Assembly (NCBI GenBank): GCA_902766755.1
Contig: CACXEV010000089.1
Span: 1 to 55,284 of the forward strand
DNA from: Oscillospiraceae bacterium
GTDB taxonomy: Bacteria; Bacillota; Clostridia; Oscillospirales; Acutalibacteraceae
Direction of reading: 5' to 3'
Length of the DNA: 55,284 bases
Shown here piece after piece: positions 38,585 to 47,805 of this stretch. Under the pieces are notes generated by a model. The model did not search any database. It saw only the letters and a program-made list of their open reading frames with translations, and was not told where the DNA came from. How positions within the stretch are numbered: the first letter of the stretch is position 1; each line of letters starts with the position of its first letter. The translations under genes and the position numbers were made by a program.

Positions 38585-38643
38585 ATACAACTAAAAAACG
38601 GAGCCTGACAGAAGTCAAACTCCGTTTTTGGCGCGCTGAAAGG
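38585..38643. repeat. 59-bp direct repeat, copy 2 (tRNA-Arg terminator plus the genuine tRNA 3' end)
   Basis: Identical to 38418-38476. The hairpin at 38593-38629 serves as the terminator downstream of tRNA-Arg on the minus strand. Confidence 0.9.
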
Positions 38644-38705
38644 GACTCGAACCCCCGACCCTCTGCTTAGAAGGCAGATGCTCTATCCAGCTGAGCTATC
38701 AGCGC
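38629..38705 (-). tRNA. tRNA-Arg (anticodon TCT), CCA encoded
   Basis: The reverse complement folds as a cloverleaf: GCGCTGA / TA / GCTC-AGCTGGATA-GAGC / A / TCTGC-CTTCTAA-GCAGA / GGGTC / GGGGG-TTCGAGT-CCCTT / TCAGCGC-G-CCA. Confidence 0.93.
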
Positions 38706-38727
38706 ATGTCGCATTGGCGACCTATGT

Positions 38728-38756
38728 ATAATATCACAATCTGATTTAAAAATCAA
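38728..38756 (-). promoter_or_regulatory. tRNA-Arg promoter (TTGATT-17-TATTAT on the minus strand)
   Basis: Hexamers sit at 38756-38751 and 38733-38728, giving a leader of about 16 nt. Confidence 0.6.
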
Positions 38757-38766
38757 GGTTTAATTA

Positions 38767-39243
38767 TTATAGTTCAAAACTTATTTTTTTGCCGGTGAAA
38801 TTATGCTCCCTGTATTTTACGCCGGCACTGTCAAACATTCGTTTTGATGCCTTTACTCCGTCTGTATCGGCATACTTATCACTCATATAAACCACTTCTT
38901 TAATACCGGACTGTATAATTGCTTTTGCACACTCATTGCAGGGAAATAGTGTACTATATACCGTACAGCCTTTAACGGTGCCGTAGTGACAGTTCAAAAT
39001 TGCGTTAAGCTCGGCGTGACAAACATAAAGGTATTTTGAATCAAGCCCCTCTCCTCTGTCCCAGGGGTAATCGTCATCACTGCAGGAATGCGGCATACCG
39101 TTATATCCTACAGATACAATTTTGTTATCATTATCAACTATACAAGCGCCTACTTGTGTGGAAGGATCCTTGCTTCTCATTGAGGAAAGGACTGCAAGTC
39201 CCATAAAGTATTCATCCCAATTAAGATAATCACTCTTTTTCAT
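38767..39243 (-). CDS. comEB: deoxycytidylate (dCMP) deaminase
   Basis: 158 aa with zinc motifs 'HAELNAI' and 'PCNECAKAI'. Confidence 0.92.
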   Translation of the reverse strand: MKKSDYLNWDEYFMGLAVLSSMRSKDPSTQVGACIVDNDNKIVSVGYNGMPHSCSDDDYPWDRGEGLDSKYLYVCHAELNAILNCHYGTVKGCTVYSTLFPCNECAKAIIQSGIKEVVYMSDKYADTDGVKASKRMFDSAGVKYREHNFTGKKISFEL

Positions 39244-39263
39244 AAAAACACCTCTGTACTATT

Positions 39264-39917
39264 TTAACTTAGTTTTTCGATTATTGCAAGCAATTCTTTA
39301 GGATCGCTTATAATCGCCTTGGCACCTGCGTTTGCCAGCTCATCTTTGTCTCTGAATCCCCATAAAACACCTACGGGATATGCGCCGCTGTTAACGCCGG
39401 TCAACACGTCCATTCTGCTGTCGCCTACAAATATACATTCATCCGGTTTTACACCGAGCTTTTCCATTGCAATAAGCGCGGCGGTGGGATCCGGCTTTGC
39501 AGGCAGTCCCTCTCTTTTACCAAATATTAAATCAAATCTGTCACCATATAGTTTATTAACTACCTTCTCAGCCATATCCTGATTTTTGTTAGTAACAACG
39601 GCAATCTTAATGTTCACATTTTTAAGGTGTTCTATCAACTCCGGCATACCGTTATACGCTGTGGTATTATCACAGTAATGCCGGCTGTAATACTCCAGGA
39701 AAACAGGCAATATATTACTGACGGTCTCGCTACTATCATTATATGCTAAAGCACGCTCTATCATTTTAGGCATTCCGTCACCGGCAAAATACTTAAATTC
39801 TTCTGTTTCTCTTGCCGGAAATCCGAACTTCCCGATGGCATAATTTGTGGATGCGGCAAGGTCAACAAGGGAATCGGCAAGCGTACCGTCTAAATCAAAT
39901 AATACTGCTTTAATCAA
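39264..39917 (-). CDS. HAD-family hydrolase (phosphoglycolate phosphatase-like)
   Basis: Motif I 'LFDLDGTLADS' and motif IV 'VGDSRMD'. The TTG start at 39917 follows GGAGG. The ORF-track N-terminus (39953) runs through the rpmB terminator. Confidence 0.85.
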   Translation of the reverse strand: MIKAVLFDLDGTLADSLVDLAASTNYAIGKFGFPARETEEFKYFAGDGMPKMIERALAYNDSSETVSNILPVFLEYYSRHYCDNTTAYNGMPELIEHLKNVNIKIAVVTNKNQDMAEKVVNKLYGDRFDLIFGKREGLPAKPDPTAALIAMEKLGVKPDECIFVGDSRMDVLTGVNSGAYPVGVLWGFRDKDELANAGAKAIISDPKELLAIIEKLS

Positions 39918-39931
39918 TGCTTTAACCTCCG

Positions 39932-39963
39932 AAAAAAAGAAAAACCGCGGCAATAAACCGCGG
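39932..39963 (-). terminator. rpmB intrinsic terminator
   Basis: The minus strand reads CCGCGG-TTTATTG-CCGCGG followed by TTTTTCTTTTTTT. Confidence 0.85.
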
Positions 39964-39978
39964 AGCTCTCTAAAACAA

Positions 39979-40167
39979 TTATATTGCTCTGGTAACTTTG
40001 CCCGAACGCAAGCAACGGGTGCAAACGTTTACACGACACGGTGTTCCGTTTACAATTGCCTTTACCTTTTTTACATTGGGTTTCCATGTTCTGTTGGAAC
40101 GCCTATGCGAGTGAGAAACCTTAATACCAAAAGCAATTTCCTTGTTGCAGATATCACATTTTGCCAT
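39979..40167 (-). CDS. rpmB: 50S ribosomal protein L28
   Basis: 'MAKCDICNKEIAFGIKVSHSHRRSNRTWKPNV'. Start is at M4 of the tracked ORF, with GGAGG 8 nt upstream. Confidence 0.95.
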   Translation of the reverse strand: MAKCDICNKEIAFGIKVSHSHRRSNRTWKPNVKKVKAIVNGTPCRVNVCTRCLRSGKVTRAI

Positions 40168-40223
40168 GGTATGCACCTCCTTGAATTTTTAGAATTACCT
40201 ATATACATAGGACAGCAAACCAT

Positions 40224-40252
40224 ATGATAACAGAAACTGACGCATTTTGCAA
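40224..40252 (-). promoter_or_regulatory. rpmB promoter (TTGCAA-17-TATCAT on the minus strand)
   Basis: Hexamers sit at 40252-40247 and 40229-40224. Confidence 0.6.
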
Positions 40253-40281
40253 GTGTTTTTTTCAGATTTGTGAAATAATTT

Positions 40282-41118
40282 TTAAAAATGCTTGTTATTT
40301 TGATTTTCCCTTATGTAATAAAAAATGTATTGTTGAGCGATCCCGGCGGCACCTTTTGTGCATTCGGGTATTTCTCCGCCAAAGTATTCATTTATAGCTC
40401 TTTTTATCCAAACATCCTTCGGAAAGGCTTCTATGTGGCCGCAACCGTAAAGTAAAGCACAATCTGCTACTTTAGGGCCGACGCCTTTTATCTTGAGAAG
40501 AACCGACTGTGCTTCATCATAGCTTAGGTTTTTAAGAGAATCAAGGTCAATTTCTCCGCTCGATACTTTTTTTGCCGCATCTATTATGTATTTTGCGCGA
40601 AAGCCACTCCTTATGGGTGCTAAATCTTCAACGCTTAAAGAAGCAAGCTTTTCGGCGCTTGGAAAAGAATATGTTTCTTTTACCGGCTCACCAAAGTTTT
40701 CACAAAGTCGGCTTATAATGCCCTTGATACGCGGTATATTATTGTTCTGTGATATTATAAATGAGCATAGCGCTTCAAAAGGCTCTTGCCTTAATATTCT
40801 GATACCGCTTGCAAACGATGCCGCTAACCTTAATGTTTCATTTGATGAGAAACTGTCAATTACCGCACTGTAATCACGCGGCAGGTCAAAATAATCCGAC
40901 CAGAAATCAGAAAAATCACGCTCGCTTGAACCCGTTATAATTATATCACCGTTGTCGTTATACAGTTCTATATATTTGCCGAATGCGACTCCTGACCATA
41001 CACCTTTATCATTAACACTCCAGCGGAAAGCCTGACCGCAGTCAAGTGTTTGAGCTAAGTCAAAGTTCTTAACATTTTTAATACGGATTGCATTTTTTTC
41101 GTAAACAATATCGTTCAT
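40282..41118 (-). CDS. ogg: 8-oxoguanine DNA glycosylase / HhH-GPD family N-glycosylase-lyase
   Basis: 278 aa. The N-terminal domain 'DCGQAFRW' and the HhH-GPD motif 'IKGVGPKVADCALLYG' with the catalytic Lys context are both present. Confidence 0.85.
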   Translation of the reverse strand: MNDIVYEKNAIRIKNVKNFDLAQTLDCGQAFRWSVNDKGVWSGVAFGKYIELYNDNGDIIITGSSERDFSDFWSDYFDLPRDYSAVIDSFSSNETLRLAASFASGIRILRQEPFEALCSFIISQNNNIPRIKGIISRLCENFGEPVKETYSFPSAEKLASLSVEDLAPIRSGFRAKYIIDAAKKVSSGEIDLDSLKNLSYDEAQSVLLKIKGVGPKVADCALLYGCGHIEAFPKDVWIKRAINEYFGGEIPECTKGAAGIAQQYIFYYIRENQNNKHF

Positions 41119-41402
41119 TATGTCACCCCTGATAGATTTATTATAAATGCATCAGTTCTACTTTACAAGACAAATTTAGTATGCTTTCGATATGATTTGA
41201 CAAAAAATGCCTGTTTTTTTAAGTTTTTAAGTTGACATAAAACAATAAATTGCAACCAATGTTTAAATAATATTTCCGAAAAACAGGCGCTTTTTCAACT
41301 TTTCCACCGAGTTATCCACTTTTTTATGTTAACTTTGAATTTTTGAATAAAGCCAATAAAAATTGCCAAAAATACCATATATTTAGTTTGAAAGGCGGTA
41401 TC

Positions 41403-41693
41403 GTGTTGGTTAAAGGAGTAAATAAGACGGTAATTGAAGTTAACAATACAGGCAGTAAAATTTTTGACAGAATAGTTTTCTATGTAACGGCTCAATATGG
41501 TAATTTATCCGCGAAAGAACTGATGAAAGCTACCGAAAACTTTACATTTCAGTTTGATAAGCGTTCAGGTCGCGGTTATAAAAAGTTACGCCGAAGAATG
41601 CTCAGAAAAAGAATTTTTAAAGCATTGCTTTTTTCGTTTATAACTTTGTCAATTGCTGCGGCGGTATTTTTTACGGTAAGAATACTAACTTGA
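41403..41693 (+). CDS. hypothetical small protein with a basic region and C-terminal TM anchor
   Basis: GTG 41403 (or TTG 41406) follows AAAGGCGG. The sequence runs 'LVKGVNKTVIEVNNTGSKIFDRIVFYV...KKLRRRMLRKRIFKALLFSFITLSIAAAVFF'. I could not assign a family. Confidence 0.5.
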   Translation: MLVKGVNKTVIEVNNTGSKIFDRIVFYVTAQYGNLSAKELMKATENFTFQFDKRSGRGYKKLRRRMLRKRIFKALLFSFITLSIAAAVFFTVRILT

Positions 41694-41753
41694 GTAACAC
41701 CGATAGTGCTTGCATTTAACCGAGGTTTATTGTATAATAGCCTCGGTGATTTT

Positions 41754-42317
41754 ATGAAGAAAATCTTTAATCAGTCTTTAAAACTGTTTTTTTCTCTACT
41801 GTTTTCCTGCTTTGCTTCATTTATGATAGCAATATCATTTGCTGTCATCCTTTCGAGTGCGTCGCAGTGGGTGTTTTATACACTTACGCAGGTATTCAAC
41901 CTCATAGTTCTCATAACTGTCATTTGGCAGGTTGTTTATTATATGGGATTTCGCGATAGCAATATGGTGCGTACAGGTCATATGAAAGAGGATTTGTACA
42001 AAGGCTTCAAAATCGGTGCTATTGCACAGGTACCGTGGTTTGTATTTCTTATAGCATCGGTGGTTTTAAATCTGAGATTTTCGATTTACCGCATATTTAA
42101 CAGTGCGTATTATTGGCTTGTAACTGCAATTGCCGGTACGTTTAAAGGTAAGGAAATAGCTGCAATAACTATGGGCAATATAGGCGTATTTAAAATTATA
42201 CTTTTTGCGTTGGTGTTGCTTATTGTTCCGGTAATCTCCGGCGTTATTTATGTTCTCGGATATAAGGGAATTGATATTTTTTCAAAATTTATTTACAAAA
42301 AAAATAAGGGGAAATAA
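41754..42317 (+). CDS. polytopic membrane protein, unknown function
   Basis: About 187 aa counted from ATG 41754, with 4-5 hydrophobic helices. The ORF track starts at GTG 41706. Confidence 0.6.
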   Translation: MKKIFNQSLKLFFSLLFSCFASFMIAISFAVILSSASQWVFYTLTQVFNLIVLITVIWQVVYYMGFRDSNMVRTGHMKEDLYKGFKIGAIAQVPWFVFLIASVVLNLRFSIYRIFNSAYYWLVTAIAGTFKGKEIAAITMGNIGVFKIILFALVLLIVPVISGVIYVLGYKGIDIFSKFIYKKNKGK

Positions 42318-42320
42318 GAT

Positions 42321-43100
42321 ATGGCTGGTTTTTTCGGTTTTTTTAATTACGCTAAAGAAGGACCGGGAATTGATAAGGATGCCCCAAAAAAGAAAACTTT
42401 TATAATCTTTTTTGAGATGCTTAAAATTAACTTTTGGAAGTTTATACCTATAAGTCTTGTGTATCTGCTTATAAGCCTACCGGTTTTAACAAACGGTCTT
42501 GCCAACGCGGGTATTACAAATGTTGCAAGGAATACCGCAAGGGATAAGCACTCGTTTGGTATGAGTGATTTTTTTGAAACTGTAAGGAAAAATTGGAAAC
42601 AGTCGCTCATAGCGGGTATAGTTAATACAGTAGCAACCCTTTTGATGTTTTTTGCAGGCAGATTTTATTATAATTTGTATGTTGAAGAAAAATCGTTCTT
42701 ATTGCTTGCGGGTTTCAGCGTTACATTGTCAATTTTATTACTGTTCATTTTTGCAAAGTATTATATGTGGACTATGATTATCACATTTGATTTACCGCTT
42801 ATGACTGTATATAAAAACAGTTTTAAGCTTGCTATTGCAAACCTTTGGCGCAATCTGCTTCTCGGAATACTGCTTCTGATTACTTATGCGGTTTACTTTG
42901 TTGTTATATCCTTGCTGCCGTATCTTATAGTTTGGGTTATTATGGGCTTTTTGGCTGTATGCACTTTGCCGACTTACAGATTCTTGATGATACAGTTTGT
43001 AGCCTTCCCGGCAATCAAAAAATATATGATAGATCCTTATTATGAAGAACATCCCGACCTTGATATTGAAAAGCGAAGAAATTTAGGATTAATTGATTAG
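42321..43100 (+). CDS. YesL-family (DUF624) membrane protein
   Basis: The N-terminus 'FFNYAKEGPGIDKDAPKKKTFIIFFEMLKINFWKFIPISLVYLL' is typical of DUF624. Confidence 0.75.
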   Translation: MAGFFGFFNYAKEGPGIDKDAPKKKTFIIFFEMLKINFWKFIPISLVYLLISLPVLTNGLANAGITNVARNTARDKHSFGMSDFFETVRKNWKQSLIAGIVNTVATLLMFFAGRFYYNLYVEEKSFLLLAGFSVTLSILLLFIFAKYYMWTMIITFDLPLMTVYKNSFKLAIANLWRNLLLGILLLITYAVYFVVISLLPYLIVWVIMGFLAVCTLPTYRFLMIQFVAFPAIKKYMIDPYYEEHPDLDIEKRRNLGLID

Positions 43101-43117
43101 TTTTAATAATTATATTA

Positions 43118-43152
43118 CCTCCCGTCATAAAATTTATGCGGGAGGCTTTTTT
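43118..43152 (+). terminator. intrinsic terminator whose 3' arm contains the ylmC Shine-Dalgarno sequence
   Basis: CCTCCCG-N14-CGGGAGG is followed by CTTTTTT, and the ylmC ATG follows directly at 43153. Confidence 0.65.
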
Positions 43153-43440
43153 ATGATTTGCAGAATTGACGAAATGAAAAACAAGCAGGTCGTATGCGTA
43201 AAAGACGGTTGTGTTTTAGGTTATATTTCTGATATAGAGCTTGATACCGAAAAAGGCACGCTCACATCGATAATAATTTACGGCAGGCTTCGATTTTTCG
43301 GACTTTTAGGTAGGGAGGACGACATTGTTATTCCTTATGACGATATTAAAGTAATAGGTGCTGAAACAGTGCTTGTTTCCACAACGGTTAACTTAAAACT
43401 TCACGATTCAAGGGGAAAAAAGCAATTCACAAGCATATAA
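43153..43440 (+). CDS. YlmC/YmxH-family PRC-barrel sporulation protein
   Basis: 'MICRIDEMKNKQVVCVKDGCVLGYISDIELDTEKGTLTSIIIYGR'. GGAGG is at 43141-43145. Confidence 0.85.
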   Translation: MICRIDEMKNKQVVCVKDGCVLGYISDIELDTEKGTLTSIIIYGRLRFFGLLGREDDIVIPYDDIKVIGAETVLVSTTVNLKLHDSRGKKQFTSI

Positions 43441-43508
43441 TTTGTGCAAAATACACAAAATCATAGCAAAAATATCTCTATATGTTTCGGAAAATAAACA
43501 AAAAACTG

Positions 43509-43537
43509 TTGAAAATTCGTTGTAATGGTGGTATACT
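43509..43537 (+). promoter_or_regulatory. glg operon promoter (TTGAAA-17-TATACT)
   Basis: Hexamers sit at 43509-43514 and 43532-43537. Confidence 0.65.
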
Positions 43538-43580
43538 AAACAGAGTGATATTTATATTATTCTAAAGAGGAATAACTAAT

Positions 43581-45446
43581 ATGAATGAATTTTTTAAAGA
43601 TTTTGATTGTTCTGTCAAGAATAATGCATATGAATATTTAGGCGCTTTTTTATCCGGTAACAAGGCGGTTTTTCGTGTTTGGGCGCCAAATGCCGAGAGT
43701 GTAAGCGTTGTAGGTGATTTTAACGGCTGGGATGTAAATGCTAACCCTATGTGCAAAATCTGTTGCGGAGTATGGCAGGCTGATATTAATAATATTAAGA
43801 ACTATGATGTTTATAAATATGCAGTAAAATCGCGGGACGGTAAGGTTATTTTAAAAAGCGATCCTTATGCCCGTCATTTCGAAACTTCACCTTCTAATGC
43901 TTCCAAGGTATATTCTTCTGATGATTTTTTATGGAGTGATGATGAGTGGTGCGAAAAGGTTTCAAACAGCAATGTATATGAATCTCCTTTAAATATTTAC
44001 GAAGTTCATTTAGGTTCCTGGCAAAGATTTGCAGACGGGAACACCTACGATTACGTAACCGCCGCAAAAAAACTCTCGGCGTATGTTAAAAAGATGGGAT
44101 ATACCCATATTGAACTTATGCCTATAACCGAACACCCTTTTGAGGGCTCATGGGGTTATCAGGTGACCGGTTATTTTGCTCCTACATCCCGGTACGGTAC
44201 TCCGGATGATTTTAAGCAGTTTGTAGATATTATGCATAATAGCGGTATAGGTGTTATTCTTGACTGGGTTCCGGCGCATATGCCAAAGGATGAGTTTGGT
44301 CTTTACCGGTTTGACGGTACACCTTGCTATGAATACGCTGACCCGAGAAAAGGTGAGCATAAAGAATGGGGAACTGCCGTTTTCGATTACGGTAAACCCC
44401 AGGTTATGAGTTTTCTTATTTCAAGTGCCTGTTTCTGGCTTAAAGAGTATCATATTGACGGGCTTCGCGTTGATGCCGTAGCATCTATGCTTTATCTTGA
44501 TTACGGCAGGCGTGACGGGGAGTGGATACCGAATTCCTACGGCGGCAGGGAAAATCTTGAAGCGGTGGAGCTTTTAAGACAAATAAACAGCGCTGCTTTC
44601 AGCATTAATCCTAATGTTCTTATGATAGCGGAGGAATCTACCGCTTGGCCTCTTGTGACAAGGCCTGCCGATAATGGGGGTCTCGGTTTTAATTTTAAAT
44701 GGAATATGGGTTGGATGAACGATATGCTCCGCTATATGTCACTTGATCCGTTTTTCAGAAAAGACAATCACGATTGCCTTACGTTTTCATTCTTCTATGC
44801 TTTTTCGGAGAATTTTATTTTACCTATATCTCATGACGAGGTAGTTCACGGTAAGTGTTCAATGATCAATAAAATGCCCGGCGAATACGAAGATAAGTTT
44901 TCTAATTTACGCGCGTTTTATGCCTATATGATGGGACATCCGGGTAAAAAGCTTTTGTTTATGGGACAAGAGTTTGCCCAATTTATAGAGTGGCGTTATG
45001 ATGAGCCGCTTGAATGGTTTATGCTTAAGTTTCCCGCACATAAAAATATACAGGATTTTGTCAAAGACCTAAATAAGTTCTATATAAAAAACAGTCCTCT
45101 TTGGCAAATCGACTGCTCTTGGGAGGGCTTTGAGTGGGTGTCAAATGACGATAACGCGCAAAGCATAATATCATTTTTGCGTAAAGATAAATCGGGTAAA
45201 GAGCTTTTATGCGTTTGTAATTTTGTGCCGGTTGCACGCAAAAACTATAGAATAGGTGCGCCGAAAAAAGGGGTTTATAAGCCGGTATTTTGCAGTGATG
45301 ATAAAAAGTACGGCGGTAAAACCGAAACGCTTTCACCGGTAGCAAGCGAGCCAATACCAATGCATGGATTTGATAATTCAATTTCACTTGATATACCGGC
45401 TATGTCGGTAACTTTCTATAAAATTTCAAAGGCAAATAAAAAATAA
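43581..45446 (+). CDS. glgB: 1,4-alpha-glucan branching enzyme
   Basis: 621-aa GH13 enzyme with '[15 protein letters not shown]', '[10 protein letters not shown]' and '[12 protein letters not shown]'. Confidence 0.96.
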   Translation: MNEFFKDFDCSVKNNAYEYLGAFLSGNKAVFRVWAPNAESVSVVGDFNGWDVNANPMCKICCGVWQADINNIKNYDVYKYAVKSRDGKVILKSDPYARHFETSPSNASKVYSSDDFLWSDDEWCEKVSNSNVYESPLNIYEVHLGSWQRFADGNTYDYVTAAKKLSAYVKKMGYTHIELMPITEHPFEGSWGYQVTGYFAPTSRYGTPDDFKQFVDIMHNSGIGVILDWVPAHMPKDEFGLYRFDGTPCYEYADPRKGEHKEWGTAVFDYGKPQVMSFLISSACFWLKEYHIDGLRVDAVASMLYLDYGRRDGEWIPNSYGGRENLEAVELLRQINSAAFSINPNVLMIAEESTAWPLVTRPADNGGLGFNFKWNMGWMNDMLRYMSLDPFFRKDNHDCLTFSFFYAFSENFILPISHDEVVHGKCSMINKMPGEYEDKFSNLRAFYAYMMGHPGKKLLFMGQEFAQFIEWRYDEPLEWFMLKFPAHKNIQDFVKDLNKFYIKNSPLWQIDCSWEGFEWVSNDDNAQSIISFLRKDKSGKELLCVCNFVPVARKNYRIGAPKKGVYKPVFCSDDKKYGGKTETLSPVASEPIPMHGFDNSISLDIPAMSVTFYKISKANKK

Positions 45447-45463
45447 AAACTGGAGATGTTTTT

Positions 45464-46678
45464 GTGGTAAGAAAAAAATGTGTTGCGATGCTGCTTGCCG
45501 GAGGTCAGGGAAGCAGACTCGGTGTTTTAACGGCGAAAATTGCAAAACCCGCAGTGCCGTATGGCGGAAAGTACAGAATTATTGATTTTCCGCTATCAAA
45601 TTGTATTAATTCCGGTATAGACACCGTAGGAATACTTACGCAGTATAAACCGCTTGAGCTTAACGATTATATAGGCTCGGGTAAAGCTTGGGATCTTGAC
45701 AGGCTTTCGGGAGGCGTGCATATCCTGCCTCCTTATCAGGGACAAAAGGGCGGAGACTGGTATAAAGGAACGGCAAACGCCATATATCAGAATATTGAGT
45801 TTATAGAGAGATATGATCCGGAATATGTGTTGATACTCTCGGGTGACCATATTTATAAAATGGACTATTCTAAAATGATAAATCAGCATGTTAAAACCGA
45901 AGCGGCATGCACAATCGCTGTATTGGAAGTCCCGTTTGATGAGGCAAGCAGATTTGGTATTATGAATACTAATCCTGACGGTAGCATTTATGAGTTTGAA
46001 GAAAAGCCGAAAAATCCAAAGAGCAACCTTGCATCAATGGGTATCTATGTATTTTCTTGGGATAAGCTTAAAAAATATCTTATGCAAGATGAAAATAATG
46101 CTGATTCTTCAAATGATTTTGGTAAAAATATTATTCCCGAGATGTTAAATTCGGGCGAAAAATTGCAGGTATACAGATTTGCGGATTATTGGAAAGATGT
46201 AGGTACAATAGATTCTCTCTGGGAAGCAAATCTTGATCTTCTTAATCCGAGAATAGATCTTAACTTGTCCGATCCTAACTGGCGGATATATTCTCGCGCC
46301 GGTCAATTTGCACCGCAGTATATTTCTGATGAGGCCGTTGTGGAGAATTCGCTTATAACGGACGGTTGCGAGGTTTACGGTAATCTCGATTATTCAATAC
46401 TATTTGAAAATGTAACAGTTGAACCTGGCGCACAGGTGGATTATTCGCTTGTAATGCCGGGGGCTGTAATTAAAAAAGGCGCTAAGGTCAGATACTCAAT
46501 AATTGCGGAAAACGCGGTTGTAGGTGAGAATGCCGAAGTAGGAGTTTTGCCGGAAACCGTATCGCCGGATGAATTCGGCATTTCAGTTGTGGGTGATAAT
46601 ATAAACATCGGTGCAGGCGCTAAGGTAGGGCCTAAAGAAATGATAACCGAAGATGTAAAAGAGGGGGCGGAAATATGA
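45464..46678 (+). CDS. glgC: glucose-1-phosphate adenylyltransferase
   Basis: 404 aa containing '[14 protein letters not shown]' and 'FGIMNTN'. GTG start. Confidence 0.95.
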   Translation: MVRKKCVAMLLAGGQGSRLGVLTAKIAKPAVPYGGKYRIIDFPLSNCINSGIDTVGILTQYKPLELNDYIGSGKAWDLDRLSGGVHILPPYQGQKGGDWYKGTANAIYQNIEFIERYDPEYVLILSGDHIYKMDYSKMINQHVKTEAACTIAVLEVPFDEASRFGIMNTNPDGSIYEFEEKPKNPKSNLASMGIYVFSWDKLKKYLMQDENNADSSNDFGKNIIPEMLNSGEKLQVYRFADYWKDVGTIDSLWEANLDLLNPRIDLNLSDPNWRIYSRAGQFAPQYISDEAVVENSLITDGCEVYGNLDYSILFENVTVEPGAQVDYSLVMPGAVIKKGAKVRYSIIAENAVVGENAEVGVLPETVSPDEFGISVVGDNINIGAGAKVGPKEMITEDVKEGAEI

Positions 46679-47793
46679 GACCATCTGCAGTATCAGGTAT
46701 AATTTTTGCAAATTCAAGGGATGAGGCAGTAGGCAGGATGACTAATTTTCGCTCTATGGCATCTCTTCCTTTCGGCGGCAGATATCGAATTATAGATTTT
46801 TGCCTTTCAAATCTTGTTAATGCAGGTATCACAAATGTCGGTATAATAACAAAGGCAAATTACAGATCGCTTATGGATCATATAGAAAGCGGCGCTTTTT
46901 GGGATCTTGACCGCAAACGCGGCGGTGTGCATCTTTTGCCGCCATTTAATATTAGTGGCGCCCGCCGTTATCATGGATATGTTGAGGCGCTGTACGGCGC
47001 TATGGATTTTCTTAATCGTTGCAATTCCGAATATATAGTACTTTGTGACGGTTGTGTTGTTGCAAATGCGGATATTGCTTCTGCGGTAGATTTTCATATA
47101 AACAAAAATGCTGATATAACCGTGGTTTATCGCACAGGTGAAAAAGTCAGGAAGGCAAAAAATATGATGGCTATGACGATCGATAATGATGACCGTTTGG
47201 TATCTGTCAGCTTTCCGAGCGAAATATCCTCCGATGAACTCAGCAGTTTGGGAATACTTATTTTCAAGCGAGATTTGCTTATTGAGCTTGTGAATAACGC
47301 TTATGAAAACGGCGGCAGGAATATAGATGTGGATATAATTGCAGACCGTGTTAACGACCTTAAAATTTACGGATTCAGGCATAATGGCTTTTCTGCTATT
47401 ATGACCGATATGAAAGCCTATACAGATGCTAATATGAGTTTGCTTAATAAGGATGTCAGAACAGATCTGTTTAACCCGAAGAGGCGTATTATGACTAAAA
47501 ACCGTGACGATATGCCTACGCGTTATGGTACAAGGGCGGATGTTAAAAATTCTTTTGTAGCGGATGGATGTGTGATTGACGGTGAAGTTTCCGGCAGTAT
47601 ACTTTTCAGAGGCGTTACGGTTAAAAAAGGTGCTGTTATTAAAAACTCAATTATAATGCAGGATTGTATTATCGGTGAAAATGCGGTACTTAACGATGTT
47701 ATATGCGATAAAAGTGTTACGGTGAGCAATAATACCATGATTAAGGGTACTTTTGATTCGGCGCTTTATATTGAGAAAAATCAAGAGCTTTAG
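46675..47793 (+). CDS. glgD: glucose-1-phosphate adenylyltransferase, GlgD (regulatory) subunit
   Basis: 372-aa GlgC paralog lacking the GGxGxRL motif. Located directly after glgC with an ATGA overlap. Confidence 0.9.
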   Translation: MRPSAVSGIIFANSRDEAVGRMTNFRSMASLPFGGRYRIIDFCLSNLVNAGITNVGIITKANYRSLMDHIESGAFWDLDRKRGGVHLLPPFNISGARRYHGYVEALYGAMDFLNRCNSEYIVLCDGCVVANADIASAVDFHINKNADITVVYRTGEKVRKAKNMMAMTIDNDDRLVSVSFPSEISSDELSSLGILIFKRDLLIELVNNAYENGGRNIDVDIIADRVNDLKIYGFRHNGFSAIMTDMKAYTDANMSLLNKDVRTDLFNPKRRIMTKNRDDMPTRYGTRADVKNSFVADGCVIDGEVSGSILFRGVTVKKGAVIKNSIIMQDCIIGENAVLNDVICDKSVTVSNNTMIKGTFDSALYIEKNQEL

Positions 47794-47805
47794 GAGAATA
47801 TTAAT

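Noticed and set aside
38351-38608. 85-aa plus-strand ORF after the SGNH hydrolase gene
   Set aside because: It spans three terminator hairpins, the 59-bp direct repeat and a tRNA fragment. It has no RBS and overlaps the end of the SGNH gene.
41209-41288. 10-bp inverted repeat GCCTGTTTTT ... AAAAACAGGC separated by 60 nt in the ogg / 41403 intergenic region
   Set aside because: The sequence is low-complexity (mostly A/T runs) and the loop is very large. It is probably coincidental and there is no supporting structure.
41312-41320. DnaA-box-like nonamer TTATCCACT
   Set aside because: It is a single 8-of-9 match with no cluster of boxes, no AT-rich unwinding element and no dnaA/dnaN nearby. 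This is most likely chance in AT-rich DNA.
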